A stretch of 64,000 nt of DNA from Cyanobacteriota bacterium (lineage in GTDB: Bacteria; Acidobacteriota; Vicinamibacteria; Vicinamibacterales; UBA2999). The notes beneath the pieces are model-generated. The model was not told the origin of the DNA, searched no databases, and worked only from the letters and a program-made list of their open reading frames with translations. The stretch is from assembly GCA_019752015.1 (NCBI GenBank), contig JAIEMQ010000041.1, forward strand, positions 4,469 to 68,468, read 5' to 3'. How positions within the stretch are numbered: position 1 is the stretch's first letter; every line of letters starts with the position of its first letter. Made by a program: the position numbers and the translations under genes. This document shows, piece by piece, positions 47,623 through 56,650 of this stretch.

Positions 47623-50496
47623 ATGGGAATTCTCGATAAGCTCCGCCCGCAATCCAAGTCCACCCATCCCGATCCCAACATTCGCATCGAGGCGATCCAC
47701 GAGCTGGATCCCGCCGATCTCGCGTCGCTCAATGCGTTCGCGAAAGACGATGCGGATGCGCGCGTCCGCCGCGTCGCGGTGGCGCGCATCGGCGATGCGT
47801 CCGTGCTCGCCGACATCGTCCGCAACGAGTCCGAAGGCAGCGTGCGCGATCACGCCCTCGGCCAGCTGGTCGAGCAGGCGTCGAAACACGACGTCAATAC
47901 CGCCATGACCGCGGTGGCGGCGCTCGCGTCGCTCGGCCGCGAGCGCGAGCTCGCGCAGGTGTCGAAGGCGGCCGGCCCCGACGAAGTGCGGCGCGCCGCG
48001 ATCGCCGCCGTGCGCGACGAGAAACTACTCGGCAGCATTGCCCGCCACGCCGCGGAAGCCGGGGCGCGGCTCGTGGCGCTCGAGCGATTGCACGACGCCG
48101 GCGAGCTCGAAGGCGTGGCGCTTCGCGGCGAACATGCCGATGCCGCGGTGGCCGCGATCGATCGGCTGGCGAATCCATCGAACGAGACGCTCACCGCGAT
48201 CGCCGACAAGGCGCGCAGCAAGGCGGCGCAGAAGAAGGCCCGCACGCTGCTCAAGGTCAGCGCGCCAGCGGCGGCGCCGGTGGAGAGCGGTCCCGCTTTC
48301 AAGGAGAGCGATCAGGCCAGGGCGCGCGAAATGGTCGACAAGATGAAAGGCTTCGCGTCGACCTCGGACTTCGCGCAGCTGCGCGAAGCCTACGCGGCCG
48401 CTCGAGTCGCCTGGGTCGAGCTGCTGGCCGATGCCGACATCCAGGACACGATTGAAGCCGACTTCGAGAACGCGTCGACCATCGTTCGCGAGCGCCTCGC
48501 CGCCGACGAAGCCGCGCGAGCGGATGCGGAACGTCAGCGCCGCGCGCTCGAACAGGAGCAGGCGGATCGCGCCGCCGTGTGCGCGCAGGTCGAAGGCCTG
48601 GCCGGCGAGGACATTGCCGATCGCGTCGCGCAGGCACGGGCGACCTGGGAGGGCATGCCGCCGATGCCGCCCGCCTGGGCCGCCGATCTCGATCGGCGCT
48701 TCGCCGAGGCGTGCCGCGCCGCCGAAAAACGCTTCGAGCGTCGTCAGCTTGCGAAGCAATCGGCCGAGCGGCTGCCGGCCCTCGTCCCCGAGATCGAAGC
48801 CCTTGCCGAGAATCCCAACTACCAGGACATCCGCAGCCAGTGGTATTCCCTGCGCAAGCAGTGGCAGGCGATCGCGCGCGACGTGGAGATCGATGCCGAT
48901 CTGCGCGCGCGTTACGACGCCGCGGCGCAGAAGCTCGAAGCGCAGGAACAGACGCATCGCGACGCCAGGGGCGCGCAGCAGGTCGAAAACCTGCAGCGTC
49001 TGCAGGCGCTCGTGCAGAAATTCGAGACCCGCGCCGCCGCTGAAAGCCTGACGCTCAAGCAGACCGATCAGCTGATGAAGGACGTCAAGCTCGCGGTGGG
49101 CACCATGGGGCCGTTGCCGACCAAGCAGGATCGCGAAGACCTGATGGTGCGGCTGCAGGCGGTGCGCACGTCGCTGACGCCGCGCATCCAGGAATTGCGC
49201 GAAGCGGAGGAATGGAAGCGCTGGGCCAACGTGCAGGTGCAGGAAGAGCTCTGCGCGAAGATGGAAGCGCTGGTGCCGCTCGCGGAGACCGATCCTGAAA
49301 AAGCCTCGAACGAAATGCGCACGCTGCAGGAGCGGTGGAAGCCCGTGGCCGCCGCGCCGCGATCGCAGGCCGAAGCGTTGTGGACGCGCTTCAAGACCGC
49401 GCAGGAGCAGGTCTACGAGCAGTGCAAGGATTTCTTCTCGCAGCAGGCCGCCGAGCGCGTCGAGAACCTGAAGAAGAAGGAAGCGCTCTGCGCCCGCGCC
49501 GAATCCATGTCGGAGTCGACCGACTGGGTGAAGACCGCCGATGCCATGAAAGGGCTGCAGGCCGAGTGGAAATCGATCGGCCCGGTCACCCGCGGCAACG
49601 AAAAGGCGGTGTGGGAGCGGTTCCGCGCCGCGTGCGACACGTTCTTCACGCGCCGCCAGGACGATCTCAAGCAGCGCAAGCAGGACTGGACCGAGAACCT
49701 GAAGCGCAAGGAAGCGCTCGTCGCCGAGGCGAAGCAGCTCTCGGAATCCACCGAGTGGGAGCAGGCCGCATCGCGCATCAAGCGGCTGCAGGTCGATTGG
49801 AAGACGATCGGCCCGGTGAAGAAGAGCAAGTCGGACGCGATCTGGAACGAGTTCCGCGGCGCGTGCGATCTGTTCTTCGAGCGATTCAAGAACCGCGATT
49901 CGGCGGCGCTGCAAGGCAAGATGGCCGATCGTGAATCGGCGGTCGCCGAGCTCGAAGGCCTGCTGCCGCCCGCGGATGCGGCCGATGCCGCGGCGCCGGA
50001 CGATCTGTACGCGAAGGTCCAGGCGGCGCGCGCCCGCTGGGTCCAGGGACCCGAGCTGCCGAGGCACACGCTCGCGCCGCTCGCCGAGCGCGTCAACGCG
50101 GCGCTCTTCAGTCTCGTCACGCGCTGGCCGGACGGTTTCAAGGGCACCGATCTCGATCCGGAACAGACCAAGGGCAAGATGGAAAAGCTGATCGCCAAGG
50201 TCGAGAAGCAGTTGCCGACCGAGAGCGCGGAGCCGGCGAAGAATCTCTCGCCCGCTGAACTGCTCGCGCGACAGTGGCGCGAAGCGCTCGCCGCCAACAC
50301 CATGGGCGCCGGCGCGGCACGCCAGGCAGAAGATGCGCGGCAGCGCGCCGCCGAGCAGGAAGTGCGCAGCGCCCAGGCGGCGTGGGCGCGGCTCGGTCCA
50401 CTCGCTCCCGATCAGCGCAAGCCGCTCCAGGATCGTTTCGATCGCGCGGTGAGAAAGTTCTCCGAGATGCGTCGCCGATCGGCCGCCCGGGCCTGA
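47623..50496 (+). CDS. DUF349-repeat protein with a HEAT-like N-terminal region
   Basis: 957 aa. Repeated DUF349 signature (WKSIGPVTRGNEKAVWERFRAACDTFF, WKTIGPVKKSKSDAIWNEFRGACDLFF, WKRWANVQVQEELC). Confidence 0.8.
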   Translation: MGILDKLRPQSKSTHPDPNIRIEAIHELDPADLASLNAFAKDDADARVRRVAVARIGDASVLADIVRNESEGSVRDHALGQLVEQASKHDVNTAMTAVAALASLGRERELAQVSKAAGPDEVRRAAIAAVRDEKLLGSIARHAAEAGARLVALERLHDAGELEGVALRGEHADAAVAAIDRLANPSNETLTAIADKARSKAAQKKARTLLKVSAPAAAPVESGPAFKESDQARAREMVDKMKGFASTSDFAQLREAYAAARVAWVELLADADIQDTIEADFENASTIVRERLAADEAARADAERQRRALEQEQADRAAVCAQVEGLAGEDIADRVAQARATWEGMPPMPPAWAADLDRRFAEACRAAEKRFERRQLAKQSAERLPALVPEIEALAENPNYQDIRSQWYSLRKQWQAIARDVEIDADLRARYDAAAQKLEAQEQTHRDARGAQQVENLQRLQALVQKFETRAAAESLTLKQTDQLMKDVKLAVGTMGPLPTKQDREDLMVRLQAVRTSLTPRIQELREAEEWKRWANVQVQEELCAKMEALVPLAETDPEKASNEMRTLQERWKPVAAAPRSQAEALWTRFKTAQEQVYEQCKDFFSQQAAERVENLKKKEALCARAESMSESTDWVKTADAMKGLQAEWKSIGPVTRGNEKAVWERFRAACDTFFTRRQDDLKQRKQDWTENLKRKEALVAEAKQLSESTEWEQAASRIKRLQVDWKTIGPVKKSKSDAIWNEFRGACDLFFERFKNRDSAALQGKMADRESAVAELEGLLPPADAADAAAPDDLYAKVQAARARWVQGPELPRHTLAPLAERVNAALFSLVTRWPDGFKGTDLDPEQTKGKMEKLIAKVEKQLPTESAEPAKNLSPAELLARQWREALAANTMGAGAARQAEDARQRAAEQEVRSAQAAWARLGPLAPDQRKPLQDRFDRAVRKFSEMRRRSAARA

Positions 50497-51164
50497 TGCT
50501 GACCGAGACTGACTATCGCGTTCGATTCGCGATTTACCAGACATTCGCCGAGGGCGTGAATCCGTCCTCGGCGATCATCGCCCCCAAGGTCAGGATCCCG
50601 CAGAAAGCGGTGTACGAATCATTCGAGCGCTTGAAAACCTCGAAGGTGATCGTCCTCGATCCGCATACCAAGGAAATCAAGGTGGCGATGCCGTTCTCGA
50701 CCGTCGAGACGCCGTTCCGCGTGCTCGCCGGCGAGCACACCTATTACGGCTGCAGCGCATGGGACGCCTTCGGCATTGCCGTGATGATGGGCGGCGACGC
50801 GATGGTGCAAACGACCTGCGCGGACTGCGAGGGGCCGATCGTGTATCGCGTCGAGCAGAAACAGCTTGCCGACGCGCACGGCGTGGCGCACTTCGCCGTG
50901 CCGGCCGCGCACTGGTGGGACAACATCGCCTACACGTGGGAGACGATTCGTTTTTTCCGCTCCGACGATCACGTCATGGAGTGGTCGGCGCAAACCGAGA
51001 CGCCGATCGGCGAAGTGGCCGCGATTGCGCGTCTGTGGCAGCTGTCGCGTCACTGGTATGACAATCGAATGTCACCTGACTGGCGCAAGCCGCCGCGCGA
51101 ATCGCTGCAGGAGATGCTGCGCGATCACGGCTTCACGGGATCGTTCTGGTCGCTCACGGGATAA
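50496..51164 (+). CDS. Alkylmercury-lyase (MerB)-family-like protein; function uncertain
   Basis: 222 aa from ATG 50496, overlapping the upstream TGA by 1 nt. The segment YYGCSAWDAFGIAVMMGGDAMVQTTCADCEGPI resembles the MerB Cys/Asp/Cys core, but with C-x3-D spacing instead of C-x2-D (from memory of MerB). Confidence 0.6.
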   Translation: MLTETDYRVRFAIYQTFAEGVNPSSAIIAPKVRIPQKAVYESFERLKTSKVIVLDPHTKEIKVAMPFSTVETPFRVLAGEHTYYGCSAWDAFGIAVMMGGDAMVQTTCADCEGPIVYRVEQKQLADAHGVAHFAVPAAHWWDNIAYTWETIRFFRSDDHVMEWSAQTETPIGEVAAIARLWQLSRHWYDNRMSPDWRKPPRESLQEMLRDHGFTGSFWSLTG

Positions 51165-51173
51165 GATCGGATC

Positions 51174-51770
51174 GTGCGAATTGCCATCGCAATTCTTGTC
51201 CTGGTCACCTGCGCCGCTCCGGTGCGCGCGCAATCATTTGCAGCCGGCGTTCACTTCGCGTCATCGAAGTGGAGCGAATTCGACGGCAGCGATAGCGGCT
51301 TTGGCGGCCGATTCACCTGGAAGCTGTCGACGATGGTTGGTGTCGACGCCGAGTTGACGTGGTATCCGTCGGACTTTCAACGCGACGCGGTTCCGTTCAG
51401 CCGGCAGCGCGTCGAAGGCATGTTCGGCGCGACGATCGGTCCGCGCATCCACCGCATCCGCCCGTTTGCGAAGGCGGCGGCGGGTTTCCTGAAGGTGAGT
51501 CCCACCTCCGGTGGCTTCGCGTGCGTTGCGATCTTCCCGCCACCTCTGGCGTGCCTGCTCGCCGGCGGCAAGACGATGCCGGCCTACGAAATCGGCGGCG
51601 GTGTTGAAATCGATGCCGCATCGCGTACCTTCATTCGCGCCGATGTCTCCGATCGTATCCTGCGCTATCCGGGGCCGGTGTTTCGCGGCTTCGGCCTCGA
51701 TGAGCGCGTCGACGACAACTTTTTCGGCGGGGCGCTGAAATTCTCGATCGGCGCCGGCTGGCGTTTCTAA
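51174..51770 (+). CDS. Outer-membrane beta-barrel protein (OMP_b-brl type)
   Basis: 198 aa. GTG start, signal peptide ending VRAQS, alternating beta pattern, C-terminal ...GAGWRF. Confidence 0.75.
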   Translation: MRIAIAILVLVTCAAPVRAQSFAAGVHFASSKWSEFDGSDSGFGGRFTWKLSTMVGVDAELTWYPSDFQRDAVPFSRQRVEGMFGATIGPRIHRIRPFAKAAAGFLKVSPTSGGFACVAIFPPPLACLLAGGKTMPAYEIGGGVEIDAASRTFIRADVSDRILRYPGPVFRGFGLDERVDDNFFGGALKFSIGAGWRF

Positions 51771-51965
51771 GGTCCGGCTAAAGCCGGACCCTCACAAGAA
51801 TCATGTGAGGGTCCGCCTTTTGGGCGAACCGACTTCCCAATAATCATGTGAGGGTCCGCCTTTAGGCGAAACGACTTCTCAATAATCATGTGAGGGTCCG
51901 CCTTTAGGCGAACCGACTTCTCAATAATCATGTGAGGGTCCGCCTTTAGGCGGACCAATCTGTGT
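51771..51965. repeat. REP-like hairpin in inverted orientation, followed by about four tandem 42-43-bp units each carrying TGTGAGGGTCCGCC
   Basis: GGTCCGGCTAAAGCCGGACCCTCACA is at 51771-51796. TGTGAGG starts at 51804, 51847, 51889 and 51931. Only the last unit keeps an intact stem (GGTCCGCC-TTTA-GGCGGACC). Confidence 0.9.
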
Positions 51966-51979
51966 AGAATCATCCCGCT

Positions 51980-54199
51980 ATGAAGAAACTGATCGTTGCC
52001 GTTGCCATTGGTCTGTCCGCGTGCGCGGCGCAAACCGCGCCGCAACCCGCCAACCCGCAGCTCGAAACGTGGAAGAGACGTGCTGAGGGCATCACCATCA
52101 TTCGCGACGACTGGGGCGTGCCGCACATCTACGGCAAGACCGACGCCGACGCCGTGTTCGGCCTGATGTACGCGCAGGCGGAAGACGACTTCAATCGCGT
52201 CGAGACCAACTTCATCAATTCGCAGGGCCGCCTCGCGGAGGCGGAAGGCGAAAAGGAAATCTGGCGCGACCTGCGCATGAAGCTGTTCATCGATCCGGCC
52301 GACCTGCAGAAGAAATACACCGAGAGCCCGCAGTGGCTGAAGGCGCTGATGGACTCGTGGGCCGACGGCCTCAACTTCTACCTCGCCACGCATCCCAACG
52401 TGCAGCCGCGCGTCATCAAGAAGTTCGAGCCGTGGATGGCGCTGAGCTTCAGCGAAGGCAGCATTGGCGGCGACATCGAGCGCGTCAACCTCGCGCAGCT
52501 CGAAGCCTTCTACGGTCCGCCTTCGCCGACCAAGACTGCCCAGGCCGGCTTCGGCGAGACAGGCTCAACGCCAGTCGGAGTCGAGCCACTTGTGGAGCCG
52601 ACGGGATCGAACGGCATTGCCGTCGCCGGGGCGAACACGGCATCGGGCAAGGCGATGCTGCTGATCAATCCGCACACCTCGTTCTTCTTCCGCGAAGAAG
52701 CGCAGGTGGTCAGCGAAGAAGGCCTGAACGCTTACGGCGCGCTGACGTGGGGACAGTTCTTCGTTTACCAGGGCTTCAACGACAAGGCCGGCTGGATGCA
52801 CACGTCGAGCAGCGTCGACAACATCGACGAGTACATCGAGGCGATCACCACCAAGCCCGACGGCAGCTACACCTATCGGGTCGGCACCGAAGAGCGCCCG
52901 GTCATCGTCAAGAAGATCGTCATTCCGTACAAGTCGGACACGCCCACGAAGCAGATCGAGTTCACGACCTATCGCACGCACCGCGGCCCGATCGTGCGGA
53001 AGGCGGACGGCAAGTGGGTGAGCGTGCGCTTGATGGAAGAGCCGGTGAACGCGCTGATCCAGTCGTTCTCGCGCACCAAGGCGCGCACGCTCGCCGAATA
53101 CAAGAAGGTGATGGACCTCCACACCAACTCGTCGAACAACACGCTGTATGCGAACGCCGACGGCGACATCGCCTACTTCCACTCGAATTTCATTCCGAAG
53201 CGCGATGACTCGTTCGACTGGACCAAGCCGGTCGACGGCAGCAACCCGAAGACGGAATGGAACGGCGTGCTCTCCTTCGACGAATCGCCGAACGTCGTCA
53301 ATCCGAAGAACGGCTGGGTCTACAACACCAACAACTATCCGTTCTCGGCGGCGGGTCCCGGCAACAGCCCGAAGCAGAGCGCGTTTCCGAAATACGTCGA
53401 CTCGGGCAGCGAGAACCCGCGCGGCGTGCATGCGATCAAGGTGTTGACCGGGAAGAAGGGCTTGACGATCGACACGTTGATCAAGGACGTCGCGTTCGAC
53501 AGCTTCCAGCCGGAATTCGAAATCCTGATCCCGCAGCTGGTCAAGGCGCACGCGGCGACGCCGGCGTCGAATCCGCTGAAGGCGAAGACGGCCGATGCGA
53601 TTGCGGTCCTCAAGGATTGGGATTACCGCTGGGGCGTCAGCTCGGTCCCGCAGAGCGTGGCGGTCTTCTACGGCGACAACCTGCGCTCGAGCGTGCAGGC
53701 CGAGGCGCGGAAGCAGAACATCCCGGTTGGTGAGTTCATGCGATCGAAGGTCACGTCGCAGCAGCGTCTCGAAGCGCTCGCCGCCGCCATCGACAAGCTC
53801 ACGGCTGATTTCGGCAAGTGGCAGACGCCGTGGGGCGAGATCAACCGCTTCCAGCGCAACGACGGCGCCATCGTCCAGAAGTTCGACGACAGCAGGCCCA
53901 GCACGCCGGTGATGTTCCCGTCGGCGACCTACGGCTCACTCGCGTCGTTCGGCGCGCGCGCGTATCCCGGCACCAAGAAGTGGTACGGCACGAGCGGCAA
54001 CAGCTTCGTCGCGGCCGTCGAGTTCGGTGATCGTGTGAAAGCCAAGGCGGTGACGGCGGGCGGTCTGAACAGCGTTCCCGGCTCGAAGCACTTCAACGAT
54101 CAGGCCGAGCGCTACGCGACCGGCAACTTCCGCGATGTGTATTTCTATCGTGAGGACCTGAAAGGTCACACTGAGCGGGAATACAAACCGGGTCAATGA
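51980..54199 (+). CDS. Penicillin-acylase-family Ntn hydrolase (possible acyl-homoserine-lactone/beta-lactam acylase), lipoprotein
   Basis: 739 aa. Lipobox LSAC. DWGVPHIYGKTDADAVFGLMYAQAEDDF. Nucleophile context TGSNGIAVAG. Confidence 0.88.
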   Translation: MKKLIVAVAIGLSACAAQTAPQPANPQLETWKRRAEGITIIRDDWGVPHIYGKTDADAVFGLMYAQAEDDFNRVETNFINSQGRLAEAEGEKEIWRDLRMKLFIDPADLQKKYTESPQWLKALMDSWADGLNFYLATHPNVQPRVIKKFEPWMALSFSEGSIGGDIERVNLAQLEAFYGPPSPTKTAQAGFGETGSTPVGVEPLVEPTGSNGIAVAGANTASGKAMLLINPHTSFFFREEAQVVSEEGLNAYGALTWGQFFVYQGFNDKAGWMHTSSSVDNIDEYIEAITTKPDGSYTYRVGTEERPVIVKKIVIPYKSDTPTKQIEFTTYRTHRGPIVRKADGKWVSVRLMEEPVNALIQSFSRTKARTLAEYKKVMDLHTNSSNNTLYANADGDIAYFHSNFIPKRDDSFDWTKPVDGSNPKTEWNGVLSFDESPNVVNPKNGWVYNTNNYPFSAAGPGNSPKQSAFPKYVDSGSENPRGVHAIKVLTGKKGLTIDTLIKDVAFDSFQPEFEILIPQLVKAHAATPASNPLKAKTADAIAVLKDWDYRWGVSSVPQSVAVFYGDNLRSSVQAEARKQNIPVGEFMRSKVTSQQRLEALAAAIDKLTADFGKWQTPWGEINRFQRNDGAIVQKFDDSRPSTPVMFPSATYGSLASFGARAYPGTKKWYGTSGNSFVAAVEFGDRVKAKAVTAGGLNSVPGSKHFNDQAERYATGNFRDVYFYREDLKGHTEREYKPGQ

Positions 54200-54201
54200 A
54201 T

Positions 54202-54241
54202 CTGTTGACCTATTGATCTATTGATCTATTGATCTGTTGAT
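54202..54241 (+). repeat. Tandem octamer array CTGTTGAC (CTATTGAT)x3 CTGTTGAT occupying the entire stop-to-start spacer
   Basis: Read directly. Upstream TGA at 54197-99 and downstream ATG at 54243. Confidence 0.95.
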
Positions 54242-54242
54242 C

Positions 54243-54640
54243 ATGAAAGCCACCGGGACGTTCGACGTCAAGATCACGCCGCAAGGCAGCGACCTGTGGC
54301 CCGAGGGACCGAACCTCGGGCGCATGTCGCTCGACAGGCAGTATCACGGCGATCTCAACGCGGCGGCGAAGGGCGAAATGCTCACCGCCGCGGGCCTTGC
54401 CGTGAAAGAGTCCGCGTCGTACTCCGCGATCGAGCGGGTGAGCGGCACGCTGCATGGCAAGAAGGGCAGCTTCGCGCTGCAGCCACCGGCATCATGGATC
54501 GCGGCAAGCCAAGCCTGACGATCACCGTCGTCCCCGACTCGGCAACCGGCGAGCTCGCCGGCCTCACCGGGAAGATGGACGTCATCATCGAAGGCAAGCA
54601 GCACTCGTACACGTTCGACTACGAGATACGGAAGAGCTGA
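54243..54640 (+). pseudogene. DUF3224-family gene interrupted by a -1 frameshift near 54483
   Basis: Frame 0 gives MKATGTFDVKITPQ...GKKGSFALQ. The family-typical continuation TGIMDRGKPSLTITVVPDSATGELAGLTGKMDVIIEGKQHSYTFDYEI is in frame 2 (ORF 54296..54640). ctgcagCCacc looks like CAC reduced to CC. Confidence 0.7.
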
Positions 54641-54669
54641 GCCTCTTCTGGCGTCTATTTCGCAACCCA

Positions 54670-55132
54670 ATGCGAATTCTTTTCGCGCTTCTGTTCGTCA
54701 CGTTCATCGCCACCAACTCGCCGGCGCAAGGCCTCGGCTACGTCGAGGGCGGACTCGCCGGCGTCCATGGATTCTTCGGCCAGTGGTTCGACTCAACGCA
54801 TATCGGTGGCGGCGGTGAAGCGATCGTCGCCGATCGAATCGGCATCGGCGCCGAAGTCGGATTCTTCAACCGGCTGATCGTGCTCTCCCCGAACGCCACG
54901 GTGCATCTCGGCGGCGTTTCCAACGCGAAGTTTTCACCGTTCGTGACCGCTGGGTATTCGTGGATGGGCATCGGCGACGGCGAAGGCATGTTCAGTGCCT
55001 ACAACGTCGGCGCCGGATTCAAATTACTGGGCGATTGATCGCGTCGCTTTCAGGATGGAGTTCCGCGATCACTTCCGTCCCGACGATCGCGGTCCGGCCA
55101 GTACTGGTCGGGGCGAGCGGGCGTTTCGTTAA
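54670..55132 (+). pseudogene. Small outer-membrane beta-barrel gene with an apparent +1 frameshift (extra A in the AAA run at 55021-55023)
   Basis: The annotated frame stops at 55038 (..GAGFKLLGD*). Removing one A gives ..GAGFNYWAIDRVAFRMEFRDHFRPDD... ending at 55132, a typical OMP_b-brl C-terminal strand pattern. Confidence 0.6.
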
Positions 55133-55324
55133 CAATAGCGACACTCTGGATCAGTGGTATCGAGCGGGTACGCATATTTCGCAACAATTATGGAGGACAG
55201 GGCTGCAGACCTACCGAATTGCTGAAAGTCAAGGACCAGCGTTGGACGTTCCCGTTGCTACGACGCTCCCGACTTTGATTGCGTTCAACCTTCTTGCCAA
55301 CTAAACTGAACGCGCCAAATATCT

Positions 55325-56020
55325 ATGACTCAGCGGGCGCTAAAATGGGATGACCGTCGGTTCGAGTTTGAGTCTTACCTGCGATCTTCCAATCTGAAGC
55401 CAGCGTATAAGAGTTCGCTTGGCGCTTTGTTCGCCATGAACTGCATGAAGGTATTGCCGCATATCCGCGATGAAGTGGTCGATTGTGTCTTTGCCGATCC
55501 GCCGTTCAATCTTGGCAAGGAGTACGGCAAGAATTCGAATGATGCAGTACCTGACGGCGAGTACGTTCGTTGGTGTAAATCATGGCTAGATGAGTGTGTT
55601 CGGGTCCTCAGACCTGGCGGCTCAATCTTCGTTTACAACCTGCCCAAGTGGAACGTCATATTAGGGGCACATTTGACAGTGCAGGGGATGGCATTCAGAC
55701 ACTGGATTGCCGTGGAGATTAGTTCTTCGTTGCCAATTTCCGGACGCCTTCATCCGAGCCACTATGGTTTGCTGTATTACACGAAAGGCAAGCCAAGAAC
55801 CTTCCATCGAATTCGTACGCCGATCCTAACGTGCAGGCACTGTGGCGGCGAGTTGAAAGACTATGGTGGTCATCGTGGCGCCATGAATCCTAAAGGTGTC
55901 ACCTTGAAGGACGTCTGGACAGACATTCCACCCGTAAGACACTGGAAGTTCAAATCGAAGAGTCGTCGCGCGAATGCTCTGTCGATTAACCCCCGCTTGA
56001 TGGGTGCAACGCCGTGTTGA
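55325..56020 (+). pseudogene. C-terminally truncated beta-class DNA amino-methyltransferase (DPPF motif) on a low-GC island
   Basis: 231-aa ORF. Motif IV VFADPPFNLGKEY lies near the N-terminus. CRHCGG zinc-ribbon-like segment. The ORF ends after ..RRANALSI.. without the C-terminal AdoMet-binding FxGxG motif expected for this circular permutation. No continuation is seen in any frame. Confidence 0.65.
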
Positions 56021-56242
56021 CGGTGTGTAGAGCGACGACTGATGCTTCGCAAGGATCGCGTGATGCTAGCACGATAGGTCGATTGCCCATCTCGCGATCC
56101 GGCTAAACTCTTATCCCTGGATTTATTACTGGCCACCCCTGCCGAGGCGTCGGCCGTAGCCGCCGTCCGCATTGCCGCGGCCGATCGCCTGACGCGCGAT
56201 TTCGGCGAGGGACACTGGTCCGCCCACACCAACGAAGCGGCG

Positions 56243-56650
56243 GTGCTGCGCGACATCAAGGTGTCGCGCGTGCTGGCGCTGCGCGATGGCGGCGAGATCA
56301 TCGGCACGCTGGCGCTGCAGACCAGGAAGCCGTGGGCGATCGATCTGTCGTACTTCACGCCCTGCGCGAAAGCCCTCTATTTGATCAACATGGCGGTGCT
56401 GCCGGATCGCCAGCGCAAGGGAGCCGGTCGCGCGCTGCTGGTCGAGGCACTGGCGATGGCGCGATCGTTTCCCGCCGACGCGATTCGGCTCGACGCCTAC
56501 GACTGCGCCGCCGGCGCGGGCGATTTCTATCGCAAGTGCGGATACCGTAATGTTGGCGGCAAGACGTATCGCGGCGTGCCGCTGTTGTACTTTGAGCAAC
56601 TCACCCACCTTCGCCAAGGCTACGGTGGGCAGGCAGGAGCAGCCCAGTGA
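56243..56650 (+). CDS. GNAT-family N-acetyltransferase; in-frame homology extends upstream to about 56126 with no canonical start (probable 5' truncation)
   Basis: Acetyl-CoA motif LPDRQRKGAGRALL. The upstream in-frame sequence LLATPAEASAVAAVRIAAADRLTRDFGEGHW looks like a GNAT N-terminus. The open frame begins right after the TAG at 56075-77 and has no ATG/GTG/TTG before 56243. Confidence 0.65.
   Translation: MLRDIKVSRVLALRDGGEIIGTLALQTRKPWAIDLSYFTPCAKALYLINMAVLPDRQRKGAGRALLVEALAMARSFPADAIRLDAYDCAAGAGDFYRKCGYRNVGGKTYRGVPLLYFEQLTHLRQGYGGQAGAAQ

Noticed and set aside
48025-50544. 839-aa minus-strand ORF
   Set aside because: It is antisense to the DUF349 gene. Arg/Leu/Gly-rich shadow frame.
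51767-52393. 208-aa minus-strand ORF ending in the repeated peptide MIIEKSVRLKADPH
   Set aside because: The repeated peptide is the translation of the 42-bp tandem DNA repeat. The remainder is antisense to the acylase gene.
54960-55304. 114-aa plus-strand ORF bridging the OMP gene and the low-GC island
   Set aside because: It is in neither the annotated nor the frameshift-corrected reading frame of the OMP gene where it overlaps that gene. The remainder is unassigned island sequence with no recognisable motifs.
55870-56358. 162-aa minus-strand ORF across the methyltransferase/GNAT junction
   Set aside because: No motifs. It overlaps two plus-strand genes that have clear family signatures.
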